Part shown: one piece after another, positions 53,176-64,000 of the stretch
Numbering within the stretch: position 1 is the first letter of the stretch
How the letters are laid out: every line of letters begins with the position of its first letter
From: Camelus ferus
Lineage: Eukaryota
Direction: 5' to 3'
Length of the DNA: 64,000 bases
NCBI RefSeq assembly: GCF_009834535.1
Contig: NC_045726.1
Location: 13,950,001-14,014,000, forward strand
Notes under the pieces: generated by a model
What the model saw: the letters and a program-made list of their open reading frames with translations, nothing else
What the model was told of the DNA's origin: nothing
The model's database searches: none
Position numbers and translations under genes: made by a program

Positions 53176-53893
53176 NNNNNNNNNNNNNNNNNNNNNNNNN
53201 NNNNNNNNNNNNNNNNNNNNNNNNNNNNNNNNNNNNNNNNNNNNNNNNNNNNNNNNNNNNNNNNNNNNNNNNNNNNNNNNNNNNNNNNNNNNNNNNNNNN
53301 NNNNNNNNNNNNNNNNNNNNNNNNNNNNNNNNNNNTGGCAATGGCACATGAGAAAGGGCAGGCTGAAGTCTGAAAGTTTTCCCAAAATAATTCCTTGCTC
53401 GAGATAACTCTCCACTCCAATATCCTCCCCATTCTGCTGAGAAAAGGGAAGTGAAGGTGGACGTGAAAAGCACAAAGACCCTATACTCTCACACATTCTA
53501 AAGCCAGCTGCCTGCAACTTTTGATTCCAAAGGCAATACCTTGGCCCACTTCCTTCTGGCTCCAGGGTCAAACACTAGTCAGACCAGTCTAGCAATGTGC
53601 AGTTGCAGCCACACCAGGGCCACACCAGCAGCCACAGGGGCTGAGTTCAATCTTCTTAAAGCTCAGGCCAAATGACAGATGAACTCAACATCAAGTGATT
53701 ACTAACCATGCAAGATACAGCTAAGGCAAGCGTCAAGAATGTAGTGTGGTTTTTTCACATGCACAGGAAAGGCAACAATGGCACTCAGGCTCACACGTTA
53801 GCTTTTAGTAGCCTGTGAGACACCCAAGTAGAAGGGCCACGCAGAAAACTGGAGATATGGTCTAGGAACTCGGATGAATGGTATGCGCTGGAG

Positions 53894-54280
53894 CAGTGGT
53901 TCCCAACATGTGCTCTGGGCTCCAACCCTTCTCTACCCAGGAGTCCCTGAGATATTTTAGGGAATTCACAAAGTCAAAACTATTTTCATGGTACTGCTAC
54001 TACACTACCTGCCATTTTCACTCTAATTCTCTCACAAATATCCCGCAGAATTTTCCAGAGAGTAAATGATGTGTGTGACATTGCAATAAATTAAATGTAG
54101 AATATTTACTTGCCTTTTATTACCCCAACCATTAAAGCCATTCACCAAAATGCAAAACATCATCAAACATTTTGAAAGTAGTTATCTTTAATTTAAAATG
54201 TTATTTATCTTATTAACATGTACTGAGTTACCAAGTAAATTTTAAAGACATTTAAATTGTTCTCAGTTTTAACTTCTGAC
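53894..54280 (+). mobile_element. hAT-Charlie fragment related to 34363-34954
   Basis: cagtggttcccaac...gtcaaaactattttcat...ttttccagag...gtgtgacattgcaa. 3' boundary approximate. Confidence 0.6.
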
Positions 54281-54619
54281 ATGTGTTAGCTAAGACTCTC
54301 AGTATGATGCTGAACAGGAGTGATGAGAGAAGAAATAGTTGTTCTTGATCTTAGGGTAAAAATGTCTAGCTTCTCACAGTTAAGTATAAGGTTAGCTGCA
54401 GGATTTTTGTCAATGTTCAGTATTAAGGTTATGAAGTCGTCCCTATACTGCTAGTTTGCTGGGAGTTTTTGATGGGAGTTGACTTTCATCAAATGCTTCT
54501 TCTGCACCTATTAATGTGATAGGATTTTTCTTCTTTAGCTTACTGATGTGCTAGACCACATTAACTGATTTTCAAATGCTGAGCCAGTCTTGCACAACTT
54601 AGTTGTTGAATTCTTTTCG

Positions 54620-54745
54620 AGGGTTGCTGTAACAACCACAAAGTGGGTTGTTTAAAACAGTAATTTATTCTCTCATAGTTCTGGAAGGTAGAAGTTCAAA
54701 ATCAATATATCAGCAGGGCCATGCTTCCTCCAAAGGCTCTGGGCA
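54620..54745 (-). mobile_element. MaLR (MLT1-type) LTR 3' fragment
   Basis: ttgctgtaacaaccacaaa...tttaaaacagtaatttattctctcatagttctggaagg...cagcagggccatgcttcctccaaaggctct. Confidence 0.7.
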
Positions 54746-55049
54746 CATACCTAGAGGGAAGCTTAATTCAAAAAGNNNNNNNNNNNNNNNNNNNNNNNNN
54801 NNNNNNNNNNNNNNNNNNNNNNNNNNNNNNNNNNNNNNNNNNNNNNNNNNNNNNNNNNNNNNNNNNNNNNNNNNNNNNNNNNNNNNNNNNNNNNNNNNNN
54901 NNNNNNNNNNNNNNNNNNNNNNNNNNNNNNNNNNNNNNNNNNNNNNNNNNNNNNNNNNNNNNNNNNNNNNNNNNNNNNNNNNNNNNNNNNNNNNNNNNNN
55001 NNNNNNNNNNNNNNNNNNNNNNNNNNNNNNNNNNNNNNNNNNNNNNNNN

Positions 55050-55350
55050 TTTATTTACAAAACAGAAACAGACTCACAGACACAAGAAAACAAACTTATG
55101 GTTACGGGGGAGGGGGAAGCGGGTAGGAAGGGATAAATTGGGAGTTTGAGATTTGCAGATACTAATATATATAAAATAGATAAACAAGTTCATATTGTAT
55201 AGCACAGGGAACTATATTCAATATCTTGTAGTAACTTATGGTGAAAAAGAATATGCAAATGAATATATGTATGCTCATGTGTGACTGAAGCATTATGCTG
55301 TACACTGGAAATTGACACAACATTGTAAACTGACTATACGTCAATAAAAA
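55050..55350 (+). mobile_element. Lineage-specific L1 3'-end fragment (starts within the N gap)
   Basis: ttatttacaaaacagaaacagactcacag...gtaaactgactatacgtcaataaaa. Confidence 0.85.
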
Positions 55351-55940
55351 AATATATAAAACGAATTACATCTTTATACATCATCCACTTAGATTTATCC
55401 TTACTGCTTTATGCAGCTGTCTCTTAAGACATGGAGTAAAAGTTACAAAAAACGTACTTTTGCTCTCTTCTACATTTATCTATATAGTTACCTTTTCCAG
55501 TGGTACTGTCTAGTGTCATTACCTGAAGGATTCCTTTAAGTATTTCTTGTAGGACAGGTCTGCTAGTGACAGATTCTCCCAGTTTTTGTTCATCTGAGAA
55601 TGTCTTTCTCCATTTTTTAAAAAAAAATTTATATAAATAAAATTTACCATTTTAAAGTATGTAATTCAGTGGTTTTAGCTTATTCACAAATTTATATACC
55701 TATCAACACTACCTAATTCCATAATATTTTCATCACCCCCAAAAGAACCCTGTACCCATTAGCATACTCCTCATTCCTGCCAGCATCCTCATTCTCTGGA
55801 AACTAGTATCTCTTTTCTGTCTCTACAAATTTGCCTATTCTGGACATTTCATAGATATGGAAGAATATAATACGTGGCTTTTTATGTCTTCTTTCACTGA
55901 GTATAATATTACAAGATTTCTCCATTTCTGAACAGTAGTT

Positions 55941-55980
55941 TGTATATATATATATATATACACATACACACACACACATA
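55941..55980. repeat. Compound (TA)n(CA)n microsatellite
   Basis: tgtatatatatatatatatacacatacacacacacacata. Confidence 0.9.
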
Positions 55981-56628
55981 TAATTCTTATCAACCTTCTT
56001 CCATCATTTGGAATATGTCATTCCATTGCCTTCTGGTCTCCATAATTTCTAATGAGAAGTCAGCTCTTAATCTCATTAAAGATGCCTTGAACATGAGTGG
56101 CTTTCTCTTGGTGCTTTCAAGATGCCGTCTTCATCTTTGTCTTGTAGCAGTTTTACTGTGGTGTATCTATGTGTGGGTATAAGTTTTTCCTATTTAGTAT
56201 TCATTGGACTTCTTGGATGAACTGATTACTCTTATCCATCAATTAAGAATTTTTTTTACTATTATTTTTTTCCAATGTTCTTTCTTTCCTATTCTCTCTC
56301 ATCACTCCCCTTCTGGGAATCACATTATGTATATACTGGTATGGCTAATGGTGTCTCACAGATCTCTGAGTCTCTATTAATTTTTCTTCTTTTTTTTTTT
56401 TTTCTTCTTTCTTTTCCTCAAGATTCCATTGACCTAATCTTCAAATCTGCCAGTCATTTCTTCTGCCTAATCAAATCTGATGTTAAGTCCCTTCATTTAT
56501 TACATTTTACAATTCTCAAATTTCAGGATGGTTCTTCACATACCACATAATTCACCAATTTAAAGTATAAAATTCAATGGTTTGTAGTACATTCACAGAT
56601 ACATACAACCATCACCACAATCAATTTT

Positions 56629-56716
56629 TTTTAAAATGGAGGTACTGGGGATTGAACCCACAACCTCATGCATGCTAAGCATGCACTCTACCACTGAGCT
56701 ATACCCACTGCCCCCT
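56629..56716 (-). mobile_element. Camelid tRNA-Ala-derived SINE nested in an older L1
   Basis: tRNA-like head; perfect 13-bp TSD cacaatcaatttt at 56616-56628 and 56717-56729; L1 3'-UTR sequence continues on both sides. Confidence 0.92.
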
Positions 56717-57744
56717 CACAATCAATTTTACAACATTTTCATCATCTCAGCAAGAAACCCCATACTCTTAAGCTATCACCACCTACCCATCTCCTATTCT
56801 CTCCCCACCTTAGCCCTAAGCAACCACTAATCTATTTTCTGTTTCCATCAATTCCCCCATTCTGAACACTTCATAGGAAGGGAATCACATGTGGTCTTTT
56901 GTGACTGGCTTCTTTCACTTAGCATAACATTTTGCTTGTTATTTATTTTATTTGCCTTCCTTGTTCTACATTCTTTTCTTCCTTTTTAAAATTTTTTTTA
57001 AATTTTATTTTCTCTCATCCTGATAGTTACATATTCTTTCATTATTCTTTCCGTGGCTACCCTAGAAATTACACCACAGCTTTTTAGGGTATTAAAGTGT
57101 AATATAAATTAGTACTTTTACCTTTTCCTCAAAATTCAAGGAACTAAAAGCATTGGAATTTCATTTACTTCTTCCAGATATATATATGCTATCGTCATAA
57201 AATTTATATACACATATACAAATATATACCCACTCAAAACATTATTTTAGATGGTATGCATTCATTTTAATTTATCCCCATTTTTGCCTCTTTTATTCGT
57301 ATATATATTCCTGTAACCATTTCTAAGTTTCTTTCTGGGGTAATTTTCCTTCTAGATGAAAAATGGTCTGTAGTATTTTCCTTTAGCACAGATATGCTGG
57401 TAACAGAGTCTCAATTTTTTATTTGCCAAGGAGTGTCCTTTTCCATCTATTAAAGTTATTTTTAGTGGATACTGGATTCCACGTTGGTAGCTATTTTCTT
57501 TCAGCCATTTGTAGCTATTATTTTATTATCTTGTGGTTTAGACTGTTTCTTTTGTTTACTATTAGTCCATTTGTTGCTCCTTTGAAGGTAACCTCTCTTT
57601 CATTTTCCTATGACTCATCTTAATATGTATATATATTTGTCCTTACTTTCAACAGTTTTATTATAATGTGCCTAAGTGTACTTTTCTTTTTACATTTTGC
57701 TTGGAATTTGTTGGATTTCTTGTATCTGTGACTTGATGTCTTTT

Positions 57745-57829
57745 TTTTTTAACTTTTATTGAGTTATAGTCATTTTACAATGTTGTGTCAAATTCCAGTG
57801 TAGAGCACAATTTTTCAGTTATACATGAA
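57745..57829 (-). mobile_element. Very short (~85 bp) young L1 3'-end insertion
   Basis: Reverse strand reads gttcatgtataactgaaaaattgtgctctacactggaatttgacacaacattgtaaaatgactataactcaataaaag+A tail; perfect TSD ctgtgacttgatgtctttt at 57726-57744 and 57830-57848. Confidence 0.85.
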
Positions 57830-58774
57830 CTGTGACTTGATGTCTTTTATCACTTTTAGAATGTCTTTTCTGCCCCCTACCCTCTCTGGGCCACCTATTA
57901 TGTGTATATTTTAACTCCATAACTCTCATGTCTGTTGCCGAGGCGGGGAGAGGGCCCACTAGTTCTGTACCTGTGTAATCCGACCCCACGTGAATGGCAG
58001 TGGACTGAGGAGGAGGCACTTGCTAGACTAGCATCCCTGGCAGCAACCTAGACCAGCACAGTGGCTAAACGTAACGCCCTATTTAAACATAGAAAAATTT
58101 GGGTAATGGTAGCTGAGGATGAGGAAATGAATAAATGGCTGTGCAATGAGGAAAATCCAATGTTACACTGGTGCCTCAAAAGCAGCTCAGAGCAAGAGAT
58201 GATGTTGTCTGTTGGCTCAAGTATACCAGGTGCCTGACGTGGCGAAGCCACGCTGCTGAGACTAGTCCTGCTTTTAGAACCTGACAGTGTTGAACGGAAG
58301 CAACAAACCTGCGTGGCACAGCTCTGGGAGATGTTCTGGTCACCCAGGATGATGGTGAAGTGAACTAACTACTCCTTCCTGAGTGGGCTTCAGGCGTGCG
58401 CTGCTGTTGATTCTTACATTTGAGGTTGTACCTCTGCCACACTACGGCGTGATGTGGCTGACTAACCTTGCTGGTAAGATTCAACTATATCATGTAAACA
58501 AGTCTTATGATAATACTGACATTGATAAGCAAATATATTGGGAAACTGGGTTAAAGTCTCCTCAGGGTGTAATACTGACAGACAAATTACTGGCCTGGGA
58601 GAGAAAAGGGTTAGCTAATCGCCAGCTAACTTCTATGCTAGGAAGTTCTGCATAAGTTTATTGCAAGGTACAAACAGTGCCTTATAACAGCAGGGAGAAA
58701 CGAGTAATTAGTACAAAAATATGAAAATTTAATGGCTTTATAGAGCAGACTAGTTGTCTCTTTAACTCCAACCC

Positions 58775-59122
58775 TATGCTACACTGGCTCCTCCAAATGT
58801 TAGGCACATTCACGACGATGCTGCTCAACAAACAGAATGCAGTGGGAGTGATACTTCGTGACTTTTAAGGCTACGGTATGCAAGGCAACCCATCTTCCAC
58901 CTGGCTCTCTCAGTCTCTTGGAATGCGCAGGCTCTGAACCCAGCCACAGCCGTCATGTTGTGAGGAAGCCCAGACCAGCTCATGTGAAAAGACTGCAGGA
59001 AGAGGCTCACAAGGAGAGGAACTGGAGCCCACTGTGCCCTGTCCAACTTCCTGACAGTGAACATCACAAATGCTCCCTGCATGTCACTAAGTTTTAGGGA
59101 CACAGCCGTCAATAACTAATCA
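58775..59122 (+). mobile_element. MaLR (MLT1-type) LTR
   Basis: catgttgtgaggaagcccag..catgtgaaaagac...cactaagtttt...ataactaatca. Confidence 0.7.
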
Positions 59123-60024
59123 GTGCTCAAGTAATTTACAATCCAGAGACAGAGGTAAATACGCATACAAACAAATAATAAAAGGCAGGATATGGTATTC
59201 ACTTTACATAATGTAAACAAAAGGTCTTGGGAAAGGAGCATAAAGAAATGTCTAGCTAAGGGATGGAGCAGTGGAGGGAAAATGAGAAAGCCTCACAGAA
59301 GTAACCTCTGAGCCAGGGCCTAAAAGACAGAACTTTGCAGGAAAACAGTAACAAGAAGGAAGCTGTGGTAGAACTCGGTGACAAAGTAGTATATCACACA
59401 GACCTCATTAAAGACAAAAATTCTGGCTTACATAGTCTCTAATATTGGAACAGTATCAAATTATTTGAAGGATACTGTAGGAAATGTTATTCTAAAAAGA
59501 AACAAGGTGGAGTTCTAGAGACTGACCTTAATCATGCAAAATCATTAAATTTCTTGCTGTTTAATCTCTATGCAAAGGGCCAACTCTGACCCTAAGAAAT
59601 GAAAGCCACTTATCAGTGCTTCCTTTGATGTACTGGCCAAGGCAAAAACCAGTACCTTGCTTGCTCATTGTTCCAGACCCAATATCAGCTTAATGACAGC
59701 AATTCCCCATGGTTAGCATTCTTTGCTGTTCTAGGGGTAATTTTCGAGGAGGCATTTGTCTTGAACCTAAATGAAAAGAGGCAGTGCCTCATGACAGCCA
59801 AAAAAGATGAAAAAATGAATAAGCAGCTTTAATTACTGAAATTTACCCTAACTTCCATAATAAGGGACTGAAGGTTAAACATATAGGCACCAGACTGAGA
59901 ACCTGGCAAATAATCATCACTTACCAAACCAAATCGAAGCACTGAGCCCTTTAAGCTGCTCTGTACAAGCAGAAGCCCAAATACAGTCCTTTTGAGCTGC
60001 CCGTCAGTCTGTTTAGGAAACTCA

Positions 60025-60366
<342 letters not shown>

Positions 60367-61150
60367 TTATGTTACATATAAAAACACATATTGATGAAGG
60401 AAAAAGATATATGTAAGCCATCCACAGACTGTAAAAATAAAAATAACTGGATATTTGCTACAAAACTACTTATAATTGAAAAAATTTAACAACCTACATA
60501 TCCACCAACAGAGGACTAGTTAAATAAATAGTGCTGTAGCGTATAATAAATCCCATGCAGCAGTTAAAAAGAATTGGTTGGGATTTATTGGTATTGATAC
60601 GGGAAAATGTACAGTTTAAGAAGATGAGGAACAGTATACACAGTAATATGGCGGGTGTGTGTGTATATACATCGGCTACCTATATGTGTTAATACACGCA
60701 TAAAAGAGTATCTCAAATATATATACATACATCAAACCTTAGGTGGTGGTTAATAAAAGATGGACCATGAAGAAATTTCACTTTGCATGAGTGTATTTTA
60801 CAATCAGAAAAAACAAACAAATAAATAAAACCCCTCACTTCTTGGGGGGAATAAAACACCACCACCAAGACACAGACCCCATTCTGAAAGAGATTACACT
60901 GCAGTCACGGAACAAACTTACCCATGTGATGAGTTTCATAAATAGACTGCACAAATTAACATCACAGGAAGGTAGAGAAGGAAGGAATTTAGTATACTTT
61001 TACCTAATATGTAGAAGCATATTTTTATTCTAATTCATAAAAGCATAATTTTACTACAATATGCAATATTCAAAAGATTTGCTGGCTTTACAATAAGATC
61101 AGGTATTAAAATAAGGAAACCAAACACAGCGGAGCCAGGAGTAGCACTTA

Positions 61151-61700
<550 letters not shown>

Positions 61701-61724
61701 AAGCACTGAGAATAAGGAAAACTA

Positions 61725-61907
<183 letters not shown>

Positions 61908-62423
61908 CTATAATGGAGGGACCAAAAGGTGTGGGGAAGGAGGCCACTGTCAACCTCTCAGACAATGCAAACAATTCTGAAGCGAATACTACATTTGTTT
62001 GAGAAACTCTCGTTTGCAGGTAACACACTTTACACTAATAGTTCTAATTCTAGTTTCTAGTCAGGCATGTGCGCACACACAACACAAACCAAAACCAAAA
62101 ACAACCAACAAAAACTTTCAAAACCATCTCATGCAGACTAAAAATAATTTTTAACCTCCATAGGAAAACCAGCATTCCCCTTTCAAAGTGAAGCCTATAC
62201 GCTCAGAACCCAGTCACGTGAAACCACCTGGCAGCTCACCTCTGAACAAGCCAAAGCACTCATCTGGGAACACGAAAGCAGCATTTACAAAGGGCTTCTG
62301 CCTTCGCCAGGTTACGCTAATAGGGCAGGCTTCACCAGGTGGGACTACATACACGCGCTTCTAATAGTTACGTTAGAACATGTGTTCTTTCTGAACACAT
62401 GTACCCCTCTTTCCCAAGCCTCA

Positions 62424-62612
<189 letters not shown>

Positions 62613-64000
62613 TCAGGGGACCTTGGTAGGGCTCCATTCAGGGGTAGCTGGAGAGTCTGTAAAGCCACAAGACCTTCAGGGTAGAGCGGGGACTGAAATA
62701 AAGATGGTGGACATTCCAACACAGAAAAAGGTCCTTGAACCTGAGTGGACATTTGCTGGGTTCCAGGTTTCTTTGCATAGCTATGTAGTATGTTTCCATA
62801 AATTACCTAGCTGATCCTGATTACCTGATTTATTTACTAGAAGACTTAAGATGCCTGGAAAAGAACTACGCTTAAAAATATGCAAAGGTTTCTTATTATC
62901 TGATGATTTCAATTCCCTACAATGCTTTTTACCACTCTCTTTAGTAAATTTATTACATTCCTGCCACAGAACTTTAAATGAGGAAACACGGAATGCAACA
63001 CCAGAAGAAAGGCTTCAGAGCCAAATGCAGAGGAAATGATGCTATTGCCAAATTCATAAGGCTGCCAAATCCTAACTCTAGTTAGGAGACAGAATGATAT
63101 TGTAAGCAGTGTATCTCGTATCAGCATCTTCTACTGCTCACTGCTTAAGAGCTCTAATATTAAAAAAGGAGGATCTTTCAAATTCTGAATAAAGAAAAGT
63201 GGCGCACAAGTGGAATAAAGTTGTCAACCCTTTATGCCAGAAATGGAAACCAACAGTATACTATTCCAAGTCAAGATTAGTTTTAGATTAAGACGTCTCA
63301 GAGGACACATATTCCAGCAATCACATCAAAGAACTTCCAAAGTCACGTAGAATGCAGGCTGCATGCTGGGAGCCTACAGGATGATCTAGGAAACAGATGT
63401 GGTTTTTTAGTCCCTATAATGATTTACAAGTCTCTGTTAAATTAACACCTCAACTGAGGGAGGTACACACACATGCAAATCTAGATTTTTGGCTTCTATT
63501 GAAAAACAAACAAATTAAAACTCAATTTGACAATGCTGGGCTGTTGTCTGCAGTCATGGGGTTTACTCTCTAGTTCAGCACAGTCCCCTCCTCGCCCACT
63601 TCACTTGTTTGTGTTACTCATCTGGCTCCTGTAGACATCTGAGTTTATGACCCCTAAACAAAGAGAATAATAAAACAGAATGCCCTGAAGATGGCAGAGA
63701 GATAACAAGACCAATATGAGTAAACATTATGAATGAAACTCATATCCATGCTGCATGAAAACTGTTGGCTGCTGGCAGTACACTCTCATAAAGATAACAT
63801 GCGAAGTTGTGAGATGAGGGAAATGATGTACTAACCCGGGTTTTTCTTTTGAAAACAAAGCAGAATTCATCAATGATCAGGCCCAGAGGGAGGCCATGGC
63901 AGAGTACCAAGGCGTGGGAAGCCAGGAGGAAATTACAGAGAGAACAGGAGTGTGCTGCTACCGATGGCACACCCAGAGTGGTGGATCAAAAGAGAGAGGC

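Larger units (their letters stand above)
55380..57900 (-). mobile_element. Composite of old antisense L1M fragments with nested younger insertions
   Basis: T-rich L1 signatures (atttcttgtaggacaggtctgctagtgac; ttctctgtctct..atttgcctattctggacatttcat; cattgccttctgg..ttctaatgagaagtcagct). Boundaries approximate. Confidence 0.65.

Overview
Mammalian genomic DNA, almost certainly camelid (camel/alpaca/llama), judged from tRNA-Ala-derived vic-1-type SINEs and camelid/cetartiodactyl-type L1 3' ends. Two protein-coding genes lie in tandem on the minus strand. (1) The complete SLC39A14 (ZIP14, Zn/Mn/Fe transporter): CpG-island promoter and non-coding exon 1 at ~39.5-39.7 kb, a ~24 kb intron 1, coding exons at 15133-3852 including the duplicated mutually exclusive exons 4A/4B, a 1470-nt CDS (489 aa + stop), and a ~3 kb 3' UTR ending near an AATAAA at 877-882. 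(2) The last seven coding exons of PIWIL2 (MID/PIWI domains, 62573-48315) with an intact D-E-D-H slicer tetrad. The rest is intron/intergenic DNA with SINEs, L1/HAL1/L2/MIR relics, hAT DNA transposons, MaLR LTRs, one ERV1-type solo LTR and six short N gaps. I see no evidence of a wholly new biological system. The best leads are: a shifted N-glycosylation sequon and a Lys-rich linker in camelid ZIP14; two antisense SINEs offering in-frame splice acceptors that could mimic the human Alu-derived ZIP14 C-terminal isoform; an unexplained ~150-bp diverged direct repeat bracketing the PIWIL2 terminal exon; a candidate second promoter/exon with a perfect STAT site and a uORF whose stop overlaps the ZIP14 ATG; and a solo LTR with overlapping STAT/NF-kB motifs upstream of ZIP14. 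Comparisons with human/mouse proteins are from memory, not from a database search.
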